Counted from the first letter of the stretch, positions 9,302 through 19,064 are shown. The stretch: DNA of 64,000 nt from Candidatus Pacearchaeota archaeon (GCA_040879765.1 JBBDJQ010000002.1:5-64004), one strand, 5' to 3'. Numbers and translations: made by a program. The notes: generated from the sequence alone by a model not told the origin.

Positions 9302-9726
9302 ATAAAAAATCAATTTTATACGGCATCCTTGCAGGTCTTGGCTTATTCAGTTTATACATTTTAATTGTTTCCTTCTTTCAGGGATTTCAATTTGCAATTT
9401 TAAATTTCAAAAGTTTATGGTTTTGGATTATACCCTTGGTGGCTGGCTTCGGAACCCAAATAGGACTTTACACATCAATAAAACATACTGCAGAAATGAC
9501 AGGAACCGTGGCTGTTTCAGGAACAATCTCTGGAGGATCAATGCTTGCCTGTTGTAGTCATTTTCTTTTAAACATAATTCCAGTAGTTGGTTTTTCTGGA
9601 ATTGCAATTTTTTTAGTGAAATATCAAACAGTCTTTTTTGGCATAGGAATAATTTCCAACATAATTGGAATAGGTTTTTTATTTAATCATAAAAGAAAAA
9701 TGAAAGGGGGTTGTCATAGTGAATAG
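9295..9726 (+). CDS. Four-TM protein with a MLACCSH motif
   Basis: Hydrophobic ORF in the operon. Confidence 0.8.
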   Translation: MVDKKSILYGILAGLGLFSLYILIVSFFQGFQFAILNFKSLWFWIIPLVAGFGTQIGLYTSIKHTAEMTGTVAVSGTISGGSMLACCSHFLLNIIPVVGFSGIAIFLVKYQTVFFGIGIISNIIGIGFLFNHKRKMKGGCHSE

Positions 9727-9949
9727 TAAAATAATACTGTGGATTTTAGTGGCATTAGCAGTGTTAACTCTTATGGTTTTTATATTTTTTCCGTATGCGG
9801 GGCATGCAATAAAAGATTTTGGAGCAAATCAATATTCAAATAGTGATGGGGACATATGTTCTCCTCCTGAAGGGACTAGTAAAGAAGACTGGGAAGATCA
9901 TATGAGTCATCACCCAAATATCTATAGAAGTTGTTTGGAGAGAATATAA
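9719..9949 (+). CDS. Small anchored protein with C...HMSHHP...C
   Basis: N-terminal TM; His/Met motif; GTG start. Confidence 0.7.
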   Translation: MNSKIILWILVALAVLTLMVFIFFPYAGHAIKDFGANQYSNSDGDICSPPEGTSKEDWEDHMSHHPNIYRSCLERI

Positions 9950-9973
9950 AAAGAAGAGACCATTCAATAAAAA

Positions 9974-10459
9974 ATGAAAACACAAATTTTATTTTTAATG
10001 GGATTGATTTTTCTTTCAGTTTTTGTAATTGCACATTCTGAAGACACTTTCACGGAAGCCGAAAAGATAATAATGCAAAAAATTCCTTGTGAAAATTTAA
10101 CAAATGAACAACTAGAAATTGTTGGAGATTATTATATGGAACAAATGCATCCTGGAGAGCTTCACGAAGCAATGGATGAAATGATGGGTGGCGAGGGGAG
10201 TGAATCTCTTAAAGAGAATCACATAAATATTGCCCTGTCTTTTTATTGTGGAAAACATCAGGAATTTTCATCTGGAATGATGAACATAATGATGGGAAGG
10301 GACAGCTATTATGGATATGGAATGATGGAGGGTTATTATTATAGGGCAAATCCCCTATTATTTTTATTTAATGCTATTCTAATAATAATCCTTATTTTAT
10401 TTATAATTTGGATTTTAAAGAAAATTTTAGAAAATAAAAAACGTGGGAAAAGAAAATGA
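9974..10459 (+). CDS. Exported Met/His-rich protein with a C-terminal TM anchor
   Basis: Signal peptide; MEQMHPGELHEAMDEMMGG. Confidence 0.8.
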   Translation: MKTQILFLMGLIFLSVFVIAHSEDTFTEAEKIIMQKIPCENLTNEQLEIVGDYYMEQMHPGELHEAMDEMMGGEGSESLKENHINIALSFYCGKHQEFSSGMMNIMMGRDSYYGYGMMEGYYYRANPLLFLFNAILIIILILFIIWILKKILENKKRGKRK

Positions 10460-10875
10460 GTTATGGAATTAGCAAAAAAACAGATTTGGAGTTTAACATT
10501 GCTGTTAAAAAAGTAAAGTATGAACTCAAGAAAGAAGGATTTGGAGTTTTGACCGAGATTGATGTTAAAAAAACCTTAAAGGAAAAATTAGATGTTGACT
10601 ATGACAACTATGTTATTCTTGGATCATGCAATCCTCCTTTTGCATACAAGGCTCTTCTTGCAGAGAAGGAAATTGGTTTGCTTCTGCCCTGTAATGTTAT
10701 TATATATTCTTCAAACGGAAAGACTTTTGTTTCAGCGATAAATCCCGAAGAAGCCATGGCCATGATTAATAATCAAAAGTTAAGAGAAATATCCAAAGAA
10801 GTTGGAAAAAGGCTAAAAAAAGTAATTAATAGCATAAATAAAAATAAGGGAGGTGCAAATGGCTCAAAAGCTTGA
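10456..10875 (+). CDS. DUF302 domain protein
   Basis: GFGVLTEIDV, ILGSCNP, IGLLLPCNV. Confidence 0.9.
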   Translation: MSYGISKKTDLEFNIAVKKVKYELKKEGFGVLTEIDVKKTLKEKLDVDYDNYVILGSCNPPFAYKALLAEKEIGLLLPCNVIIYSSNGKTFVSAINPEEAMAMINNQKLREISKEVGKRLKKVINSINKNKGGANGSKA

Positions 10876-11104
10876 CGAAAAGGCTCTTGCATACAGTCTT
10901 GCCACAATCTCAGCGGCAGGGATGCTTATTCTAGGGATATTTGGGTACGCAGGAATTTATTCCGGTGCTGTTGGTATGATGATGCAATGGCACATGTATT
11001 TCAGAATAAGCCCATTGTGGATTTTATTAGGAATGGTGGAGGCAGCAATATGGGGATTCATTGCAGGATATGCAACTGCATGGGTTTACAATAAATTTAC
11101 ATAA
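10859..11104 (+). CDS. Small two-TM protein with a MMMQWHM loop
   Basis: GGAGGT SD before the ATG at 10859; hydrophobic. Confidence 0.75.
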   Translation: MAQKLDEKALAYSLATISAAGMLILGIFGYAGIYSGAVGMMMQWHMYFRISPLWILLGMVEAAIWGFIAGYATAWVYNKFT

Positions 11105-11143
11105 AATTTAAATGAAAACATTTAAATATTAATATGTTATATA

Positions 11144-11169
11144 TTATCATATGATAAATAAGAGCATAT
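11144..11169. promoter_or_regulatory. Candidate ArsR-family operator
   Basis: Perfect palindrome TTATCATATGATAA (11144-11157) and ATATG-N11-CATAT (11149-11169) over the arsR start. Confidence 0.4.
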
Positions 11170-11513
11170 TAAAAAAAGGCAGAAATAAAGGATTTAATGA
11201 CGAGGAGATTTATGAAGCCTACAAGATATTTTTTGGGACCCTTGTTTCTGAACAAAGATTAAAAATCATAAATTTCCTCAGAAAAGGCAAAAAAAGTGTT
11301 TCAGAGATAATGAAGGAACTAAGAATGAATCAAACATCAGTGTCTCACAATTTATCCAGATTAAAAAAATGTGGGTTCGTAAAATCAGAGATTAAAGGGA
11401 AATACCGTTATTATGAATTGGATAAAAAAACTATTCTGCCTTTAATGAATCTAATTAACAAACACATGCTGTCTAATTGTATCCACATATTAAACAATAA
11501 GAAAAAAGCATGA
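11151..11513 (+). CDS. ArsR/SmtB-family metalloregulator
   Basis: RLKIINFL...SVSEI...QTSVSHNLSRLK wHTH; C-terminal H..C.H. Confidence 0.9.
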   Translation: MINKSILKKGRNKGFNDEEIYEAYKIFFGTLVSEQRLKIINFLRKGKKSVSEIMKELRMNQTSVSHNLSRLKKCGFVKSEIKGKYRYYELDKKTILPLMNLINKHMLSNCIHILNNKKKA

Positions 11514-13711
11514 GGGAAATAAAGATAGATATAGATGGCATGAATTGTGCATCTTGTGCAACAAATATAGAAAAAAGTTTCAGAAAAATTAAAGGAGTGA
11601 AAAAAGCATCGGTCAACCTTATGGCTAAAAAAGGGTTCATTGAAACTGAAAAAGAGATGAGTGATAAGGAAATAGAAGAAGCCGTCTCAAGAGCTGGGGA
11701 TTACAGAGTTTTAAAATTAAATAATAAAGATCTTAATAAGGATGGGAAAAATAACCCACCTAGGCATGAAAACCATGATCATTCTAGAAAGGTTGAAGAA
11801 AAGGAAATAAATTTATGGAAAAAGAAAATGCTTTGGGCATGGATTATTACGATCCCCATAGCCTTCATCATGTTTTCTGAAAGATTATTCGGCATAAAAT
11901 TATTTGATGAGATTACCATGACGATTGTGCTTCTAATTTTATCATTCCCGGTTATATTTATAATAGGTTTTTCAACTCTCAGAGGGGGATTAAGAGGATT
12001 TATTAATTTGTATTTCAACATGGATTCTCTCATCGCTCTTGGAACAATTATAGCCTATGCCACAGGGATAATGAGTTTATTCATGAATATTCTAGATTAC
12101 TCTGGAATTGCTTCAATGATCATGGCTTTTTTCATAACAGGAAAATATGTTGAAACAAAGGCAAGAGGAAAGGCAAGTCAAGAAATTAAAAAATTGCTTG
12201 AACTCGGAGCTAAGAAAGCAAGAATTTTAAGAAAAAATAAAGAAATTGAAATTCCAATTTCAGAAGTTGTAGAAGGGGATGTTATGATAATAAAACCAGG
12301 TGAAAAAGTTCCCACAGATGGTATAATTATAAAAGGTGAAAGCAGCGTGGATGAAAGCATGGTTACTGGAGAAAGCATTCCTTCAGACAAATTAAAAGGG
12401 GACAATATTATTGGTTCTACCATAAATCAGGATGGGATTTTATATGTGAAGGCTACAAAAGTTGGGAAGGATACTTTTTTGTCACACATAATAAAACTTG
12501 TCGAAAATGCTCAAGGAACAAAAATTCCCATACAAAGATTTGCCGATAAAGTAACTAGTATTTTTGTGCCAGTCATACTGGCAATAACTGTTTTAACATT
12601 CTTTGCATGGATGTTCATCTTAGATGCGAGTCTAAGTCGAGCCGTAGGAGTTTCAGTTTCAGTATTGGTTATAGCCTGCCCCTGCGCATTAGGTTTAGCA
12701 ACTCCAACCGCCCTCATGGTTGGAAGCGGAATGGGAGCCAAAAAGGGAATTTTAATTAGAAGAGGCGAAGCAATACAAACTATGAAAGAAATAAAAATAA
12801 TTATATTTGATAAAACTGGCACTATCACAAAAGGTCATCCAGAAGTAAAAAAAATTTATTCAAAAATAAAAGAAAGCTATCTTCTTGAAATAGCTGCTAG
12901 CATAGAAAAACTCAGCGAGCATCCGTTATCAAAAGCAATTGTTGAAAAAGCCAATCTAAAAAAATACAAGCCTGTTAAAAATTTTAAAATCATAAGAGGA
13001 AAAGGTGTTGAAGGAAAAATAGGAAACAAATTAATTCTTATAGGGAATAGCTTATTGATGAAAGAAAGGGGAGTTTTGCTTAAAGAAATTAGGAGTAAGA
13101 TAAAAAGTTTTGAGGAAAAGGGCTACACTTCGATGATTGTATCTGAAAACAAAAAACCTCTGGGAGTGATTGGCGTTGCTGATGCAGTAAAAGAAGATTC
13201 AATTTCTTCTATAAAAGAGTTGAAAAATCAAGGCTATAGGATTGTCATGATTACGGGAGATAATGAAAGAACCGCAAAGGCAATTGCTAAACAAGTTGGC
13301 ATAAAAGAGGTAATAGCTAATGTTCTTCCTGATGACAAGGCAAAAATAGTAAAAAAAATGAAATCTAAAGGTATGACAGCATTTGTAGGAGATGGAATAA
13401 ATGATGCTCCTGCACTGAAGGAAAGCAATGTCGGGATAGCCCTCGGAACAGGAACTGATATCGCAATAGAGTCTGGAGACATAGTTCTTTCAAAAGGCTC
13501 ATTAAAGGGGGTTGTTCAGGCAATAAACCTAAGCAAGGCAACTTTTGGAAAAATAAAACAAAATTTATTCTGGGCCTTTGCATATAACACTCTTGCAATT
13601 CCTCTGGCCATCGCAGGTTTCTTACATCCGGTAATAGCTGAAATTGCAATGGCCTTAAGCTCTATAACTGTTGTTGGTAATGCAAATCTATTAAGAAGAA
13701 AAAAGATATAA
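11510..13711 (+). CDS. copA: P1B-type Cu(I)-transporting ATPase
   Basis: GMNCASC HMA domain, TGES, CPCALGLATP, DKTGT, GDGIND, YN and MALSS TM motifs. Confidence 0.93.
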   Translation: MREIKIDIDGMNCASCATNIEKSFRKIKGVKKASVNLMAKKGFIETEKEMSDKEIEEAVSRAGDYRVLKLNNKDLNKDGKNNPPRHENHDHSRKVEEKEINLWKKKMLWAWIITIPIAFIMFSERLFGIKLFDEITMTIVLLILSFPVIFIIGFSTLRGGLRGFINLYFNMDSLIALGTIIAYATGIMSLFMNILDYSGIASMIMAFFITGKYVETKARGKASQEIKKLLELGAKKARILRKNKEIEIPISEVVEGDVMIIKPGEKVPTDGIIIKGESSVDESMVTGESIPSDKLKGDNIIGSTINQDGILYVKATKVGKDTFLSHIIKLVENAQGTKIPIQRFADKVTSIFVPVILAITVLTFFAWMFILDASLSRAVGVSVSVLVIACPCALGLATPTALMVGSGMGAKKGILIRRGEAIQTMKEIKIIIFDKTGTITKGHPEVKKIYSKIKESYLLEIAASIEKLSEHPLSKAIVEKANLKKYKPVKNFKIIRGKGVEGKIGNKLILIGNSLLMKERGVLLKEIRSKIKSFEEKGYTSMIVSENKKPLGVIGVADAVKEDSISSIKELKNQGYRIVMITGDNERTAKAIAKQVGIKEVIANVLPDDKAKIVKKMKSKGMTAFVGDGINDAPALKESNVGIALGTGTDIAIESGDIVLSKGSLKGVVQAINLSKATFGKIKQNLFWAFAYNTLAIPLAIAGFLHPVIAEIAMALSSITVVGNANLLRRKKI

Positions 13712-13768
13712 TTGATAAGGTTTTTGCAATTCAATATCTTTAAAAAACTCTTTTGTTTTATTTTGTTT

Positions 13769-14569
13769 ATGTATGTAATAAAGGCTTCAGGAAAAAAAGA
13801 GGAATTTAATTCAGATAAGATTTTTAGAACTTTAGAAAAGGCGGGGGCATCAAAGGAACTTGCCATGGAGATTGTTTCAAAAGTTCAAAAGAAAGTTCAT
13901 GATGGAACCACAACTAAAGAAATTTTAAATTCTGCACTGAGGTTATTGAGAAATAGAAATCCTGTAGTTTGTGAAAGATATGATTTGAAAAGAGCAATAA
14001 TGTCTCTTGGCCCAACAGGATTTCCATTCGAGAAATTTTTTTCAAGAATTTTAGAAAATTATGGTTATAAAACAGAAGTTGGACAAATTGTAAAAGGAAG
14101 AATAACCAGGCATGAGATTGATATAATCGCAGAAAAAAATTCTAAGAGATACATGGTTGAGTTGAAATATCACAATTCTCTAGGGATTTATACAAGATTG
14201 AAAACCGTGCTCTATGTTTATGCCAGATTTTTAGATTTAAAGGGAAAATTTGATCAGCCTTGGATTGCAACAAATACAAAATTATCTCATCAAGCAAGGA
14301 GATATGCTGATGGAATGCATATGAAAATAACAAGCTGGGAATACCCTGAAGGGAAATCTCTTTCGGAAATGATAGATTACAAAAAGCTTTATCCTGTTAC
14401 GATTCTAAAATCAGTTAATAAAAAAATAATTCACCAACTTTGTAAAGCGGATATGATGCTTTCTAAAGATTTATTGGATATTGATGAGAAAGAATTAATG
14501 AAAAGAACCAACCTCTCTCTAGAAATGGTCCAGAGAATTTTAAAAGAGGCTAGACAAGTTTGTGGTTAG
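13769..14569 (+). CDS. ATP-cone plus Mrr-like restriction endonuclease domain protein
   Basis: VIKASGKKEEFNSDKI ATP cone; FEKF...EIDII...VELK. Confidence 0.82.
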   Translation: MYVIKASGKKEEFNSDKIFRTLEKAGASKELAMEIVSKVQKKVHDGTTTKEILNSALRLLRNRNPVVCERYDLKRAIMSLGPTGFPFEKFFSRILENYGYKTEVGQIVKGRITRHEIDIIAEKNSKRYMVELKYHNSLGIYTRLKTVLYVYARFLDLKGKFDQPWIATNTKLSHQARRYADGMHMKITSWEYPEGKSLSEMIDYKKLYPVTILKSVNKKIIHQLCKADMMLSKDLLDIDEKELMKRTNLSLEMVQRILKEARQVCG

Positions 14570-14648
14570 GAGAAAACTAAGAAAAAAGTTTTCACTCAAA
14601 AATAATCATAAAACTTTAAATACTTTTTATTTCTAAAGAAACTAAATC

Positions 14649-14695
14649 GTACAATTTATTGTAATGTATAACTTATATGATACAATATATAGTAT
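14649..14695 (+). promoter_or_regulatory. Tandem NrdR boxes
   Basis: gtaCAATTTATTGtaa (14649-14664) and ataCAATATATAGtat (14680-14695), 31 bp apart, upstream of nrdR-nrdJ. Confidence 0.8.
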
Positions 14696-14707
14696 GGGAA
14701 AAGGATA

Positions 14708-15151
14708 ATGGATTGTCCATATTGCGCTAACAACACATCAAAAGTAACAAATAAGAGAGAAGCCCCTCAAGGAATAAGGAGAAGGAGGGAGTGTTTGAAA
14801 TGCAGCAAGAGATTTACAACATATGAAAAAGTAGATAGTGGAAAATTGTATGTTATAAAGAAGGATGATTCAAGACAGAAGTTTATTAGAGAAAAACTTG
14901 AAGCAGGGATTGAGAGGGCTTTCGAGAAAAGACCAACAAAAAAAGAAGATATAGAAAAAATGATAAGGGAAATTGAGGAACAAATAAGGAGAAAGGGAAA
15001 AAGAGAGATAAAAACTTCAACAATTGGAGAATTAGTTGCAAGAAAAATAAAGAAATTAGATAACGTTGCCTACATAAGGTTTGCTTCTGTTTACAGAGAT
15101 TTTCAAGACGTTAAAGATTTTTCTGAAGAATTAAGGGGGTTGGAAAAATAA
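14708..15151 (+). CDS. nrdR: Transcriptional repressor NrdR
   Basis: CPYC...IRRRRECLKC..RFTTYE Zn ribbon, ATP cone, VAYIRFASVY. Confidence 0.95.
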   Translation: MDCPYCANNTSKVTNKREAPQGIRRRRECLKCSKRFTTYEKVDSGKLYVIKKDDSRQKFIREKLEAGIERAFEKRPTKKEDIEKMIREIEEQIRRKGKREIKTSTIGELVARKIKKLDNVAYIRFASVYRDFQDVKDFSEELRGLEK

Positions 15152-15152
15152 A

Positions 15153-17810
15153 ATGAATGATGTTGCACTTAAAGAGATAATTATAGCAGAAAGAATTCAA
15201 GCACAAAAAGGAAATCTCCCTGATTACGTTGAAGCTAGAGAATTTGAAGAAAGAGTTGGTGGAAATAGGAAATATGCTTTTGAAAAAAAATACTCTCACA
15301 GAAATGAATCTGGAGAGATTGTTGAAAGTCCTTCGGAAGCCATATATAGGATGGCGCTCACAATGGCAGAAGTTGAAGAAAGCTATGGTGCAACGCCTGA
15401 ACAAGTTGAACAGCATGCTGAAGATTTTTTTAATATAATTTCAAAAGAAAGGTTTTCTCCAGGAGGAAGAATATGGACTAATGCGGGGACAAAGATTAAA
15501 GGTTTGTTTAATTGTTATGTTCTTCCAGTTCATGATAGCATGGACAAAGATGAAGAAGGGAGTATTTATGATTCTGTTGCAAATGCTGCAATGATTCACA
15601 AGAATGGAGGAGGAACTGGATATAATTTTTCAGAGCTAAGACCAAGAGGTACTTTTGTTCAGAGCTCAAAAGGAATCGCTTCTGGACCAGTATCTTTCAT
15701 TGGACAATTTGATAAAGAAACTGAAATTATAAATTCTGGTAATCGTAGAGGTGCAAATATGGGGATTCTTGATGTTACTCATCCAGATATTTTAGATTTT
15801 ATTTATGCTAAATCTAAAAGGGGGGAAATGACTAATTTCAATGTTTCAATAGGTGCTTTTGATAGATTTATGGGAGCCGCAAGAGATAAAGAATTTTATG
15901 GGCTTGAATTTCCTGAAGGAAAGCCATTACATTATACTTCTCTTGAACAAATGGTCAGAAATATAGAAGAAAATAAACTTGGAGCATCGGGAGTTGGAGA
16001 GGAACCAAGACCAGCATCATTAAGACTTGGATCAAAAGAAATAATTCCAGGAAAAACAGAAGTTGTAGATTCATTTTCTGGTGAAGTTGCAGGAAGAGTT
16101 AATAAAGAAGGGAATGTTGAACTTTATGCCCCTTATGTTTTAGATAGGGTTGCTAAATTGGCACATGAAACTGCAGATCCGGGGATGATATTTCTAGATA
16201 AAATAAACAAGACAAATCCATTACCAAAACTTGGACCCATAAAAGCTACAAATCCTTGTGGAGAACAGCCTCTTCATCCATATGATGCATGCAACTTAGG
16301 GAGTACATTGCTTTCAAATTTTGTTATTGAGAATGAAAATGGAGAGAATGAAATTGACTATGATGGTTTAGAAGATACTGTAAGGATAGCTACAAGATTC
16401 ATGGATAATGTAAATGATGCAAATAAAGGTCCGATTCAAAAAGTTGAAGAAACGGTTAAAAGTCATAGAAGAATTGGAATGGGAGTTATGGGTTTAGCAG
16501 ACATGTTGATTGAAATGGGTGTTCAATATGATTCAGAAGAAGGACGAGATTTAGCAAGAGAAGTTATGGGCTTTCAAACAAATATTGCAAAAGAAACTTC
16601 GGTTAATTTAGCCAAAGAAAAAGGCGTCTTTCCCGCTTTTGAAGGAAGTGCTTACGATACTGGGAAAGAGGAAGACAGAGTCAGAAACATTGATAGAACA
16701 ACTATTGCACCAACTGGAACAATCTCTATGCTATATGATGTTTCTTCGGGAGTAGAACCAATCTTTTCGGTCTTGTGGACAAAACATATTAGGGGAGGAG
16801 ATGCCCTACAATATGTTCATCCTGTTTTTGAAAAAGAATGCAAAAAAAGAGGAATAGATATAGATAAGGTTATTCCATTAATAGAAGAAAATCAGGGGGG
16901 TGTTCAAGGAATAGAAATTATACCTGAAGATATGCAAAGACTTTTCAAAACTGCTCTTGATATTAAATATGAAGACCACATACTTATGCAGGCGGCCATC
17001 CAAGAAAAGGTTGATAATGCAGTTAGCAAAACTATAAACATGCCAAACTCAGCAACTATTGAGGATGTTAAAAGTGCATACATTATGGCTTGGGAAAATG
17101 ATTTGAAGGGGATAACTGTTTACAGAGATGGTTCAAAATCTGTTCAAGTTCTAACAACAGGACATGGAAATAAAAAAGAAGAAGTAATAGATGAAAATAT
17201 CCCTTCTGTAAACAATCCCATGAAAATTCCGAGCTTCATGCCTGCTTTTAAGATTAAACAAAATACTCCTTTTGGAAATATGCATTTAAAATTCATAATA
17301 GATCCTAAAAGAGATTATGCGCCCGTTGAAGTTTTTGGTAGTTTAGGAAATGCCGGAGAAGATGAAGCTGCAAACATGGAAGGACTTGGAAGATTAACTT
17401 CTCTCTGGTTAAGGAGTGGGGGCGGTTTAGAAGGAATTATTAGTCAATTAGAAGGAATTGGTTCTGGAAGGATGACGGTTACAAGAGATGGAGGAATACA
17501 ATCTTTAGAAATGGGTTTTGCAAGAGGTTTGCAAAAATTTGAAGCCATGAGAAAAAATTATAATATGGAAGCAATACTTACTGGAAAACTTGATTATAGC
17601 GAAGTTGAAGGGCAAGTTTCAGATTCATTAAGAACTAGAAATAAAATTGTTAATGGTAAGGATGATGTGGATAGTGAAGAATCTGAAGAAAAAACAAATG
17701 TCAAAAAAAGTGAAAGATGCCCAGACCCAGATGAAATTGGTTGTAAAGGAACATTAATTCAAGAAGAGGGTTGTTCAAAATGTCGTTCTTGCGGATATTC
17801 TAGATGTTAA
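15153..17810 (+). CDS. nrdJ: Class II (AdoCbl-dependent) ribonucleotide reductase
   Basis: NCYV, RRGANM, TNPCGEQPL, CNLGS, IAPTGT, KGITVYRDGS; C-terminal TSCPD-like domain and CxxCGYSRC. Confidence 0.93.
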   Translation: MNDVALKEIIIAERIQAQKGNLPDYVEAREFEERVGGNRKYAFEKKYSHRNESGEIVESPSEAIYRMALTMAEVEESYGATPEQVEQHAEDFFNIISKERFSPGGRIWTNAGTKIKGLFNCYVLPVHDSMDKDEEGSIYDSVANAAMIHKNGGGTGYNFSELRPRGTFVQSSKGIASGPVSFIGQFDKETEIINSGNRRGANMGILDVTHPDILDFIYAKSKRGEMTNFNVSIGAFDRFMGAARDKEFYGLEFPEGKPLHYTSLEQMVRNIEENKLGASGVGEEPRPASLRLGSKEIIPGKTEVVDSFSGEVAGRVNKEGNVELYAPYVLDRVAKLAHETADPGMIFLDKINKTNPLPKLGPIKATNPCGEQPLHPYDACNLGSTLLSNFVIENENGENEIDYDGLEDTVRIATRFMDNVNDANKGPIQKVEETVKSHRRIGMGVMGLADMLIEMGVQYDSEEGRDLAREVMGFQTNIAKETSVNLAKEKGVFPAFEGSAYDTGKEEDRVRNIDRTTIAPTGTISMLYDVSSGVEPIFSVLWTKHIRGGDALQYVHPVFEKECKKRGIDIDKVIPLIEENQGGVQGIEIIPEDMQRLFKTALDIKYEDHILMQAAIQEKVDNAVSKTINMPNSATIEDVKSAYIMAWENDLKGITVYRDGSKSVQVLTTGHGNKKEEVIDENIPSVNNPMKIPSFMPAFKIKQNTPFGNMHLKFIIDPKRDYAPVEVFGSLGNAGEDEAANMEGLGRLTSLWLRSGGGLEGIISQLEGIGSGRMTVTRDGGIQSLEMGFARGLQKFEAMRKNYNMEAILTGKLDYSEVEGQVSDSLRTRNKIVNGKDDVDSEESEEKTNVKKSERCPDPDEIGCKGTLIQEEGCSKCRSCGYSRC

Positions 17811-17860
17811 TTCTACTTTACCACAATTATTCTTAAAAAGCCACTAAAAGTTTCTATCTT

Positions 17861-18394
17861 ATGGTGATTTTATCAGATAATGAAATAAAGAGATATATTG
17901 AAAAAGGAAAAATTGGGATTAGCCCATATGAAGAATCAAATGTTCAAGGAGCTTCTGTAGATTTTAGATTAGGGAGGGGTTTTTTGGTTCCTCCAAACTA
18001 TTATGGAGATTTTGCTAAAGAAGAAGGTATTGTCATTTCTTTGGATAGCAAGGTTAAATATGAGGAAGTTGATGATAGTGAAATCATTTTACCTCCCGGG
18101 CATTTTATTTTAGGGACTACTCTTGAAAAATTAACAATTCCGGATTTCCTTTGTGGAGAAGTTGGAGGAAAAAGTGGTGTTGCTAGAAAAGCCCTAAATA
18201 TAGAAAATGCGGGGCATTTAGGTCCTGGATTTGAAGGTCAAATTACTTTAGAATTATACAATGGATTGGCCTTTCCAATAAAACTAAAGGAAGGAGATGG
18301 GATTTGTCAAGTCCAATTCCATGAGTTATCTTCTGCAGCAACGAAAATTTATAGGGGTAAATTTCAAAATCAAGAAGGTCCAAAGGCTAATTGA
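17861..18394 (+). CDS. dcd: dCTP deaminase
   Basis: ILSD, ASVDFRL, KSGVAR, PGFEGQITLELYN, Y.GKFQNQ. Confidence 0.88.
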   Translation: MVILSDNEIKRYIEKGKIGISPYEESNVQGASVDFRLGRGFLVPPNYYGDFAKEEGIVISLDSKVKYEEVDDSEIILPPGHFILGTTLEKLTIPDFLCGEVGGKSGVARKALNIENAGHLGPGFEGQITLELYNGLAFPIKLKEGDGICQVQFHELSSAATKIYRGKFQNQEGPKAN

Positions 18395-18443
18395 TATCTT
18401 AGAACACAACTAAATTTATAAATTCATCAAGATAAATTTTATA

Positions 18444-19064
18444 ATGTTACTTTCTGCTGTAAGAATTCTAGAGTTAAATAAAAAGCATAATCTTTTGGAA
18501 AATCTTTGTAAAAGAGAATCTGAAAATCCGGAGGGGGTTGGGATTGATTTAAGAGGGGGCAAGGTTTACAAAATAGAAGGAGATAGTTTTCTTGGTGCAG
18601 ATGAACATCCAATAACAAAAGAAAAGCTAGAGGGGTTAAGGCATTCTCCAAAAGTTAGTCTTGTTGCTAATTATGAGGATAATAAAGAAAGAGTAAGTAA
18701 ATTCACAATAAAACCAGGAGAATATTACCTCATTGAAACTATTGAAAAAGTTCATTCTCCAGCAGAAAAAGTAAAATATGATGATTTTTTCCCCGAGGGG
18801 TATTTGGTTCCAGTTATTTCTCCAAGAGTCTCACTTCAAAAAGGGGCTGTAGCACTTTATCATGCAAGGACCAATCCTGGCTATTCTGGACCTTTAATTT
18901 TTGGGCTAGCTAATAATGGAAAAGAAGATTTTACATTTGAACTTGGAGCAAGAATGTTTAGAATAGATTTTGAAGGAGTTATAGGGGACATTGATAGAAT
19001 TTATTCCGGACAGCATCAAGGAGGGAGAGTAACAAGTCAGGGAGAAAAAGAAAAACAAAATTAA
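18444..19064 (+). CDS. Divergent dCTP deaminase/dUTPase-fold protein
   Basis: GIDLR, PGEYYL, PRVSL, NPGYSG, YSGQHQG. Confidence 0.75.
   Translation: MLLSAVRILELNKKHNLLENLCKRESENPEGVGIDLRGGKVYKIEGDSFLGADEHPITKEKLEGLRHSPKVSLVANYEDNKERVSKFTIKPGEYYLIETIEKVHSPAEKVKYDDFFPEGYLVPVISPRVSLQKGAVALYHARTNPGYSGPLIFGLANNGKEDFTFELGARMFRIDFEGVIGDIDRIYSGQHQGGRVTSQGEKEKQN

Noticed and set aside
15153..17810. Intein in NrdJ
   Set aside because: The central insertion is short and lacks C/S-start, HN-C end and LAGLIDADG motifs
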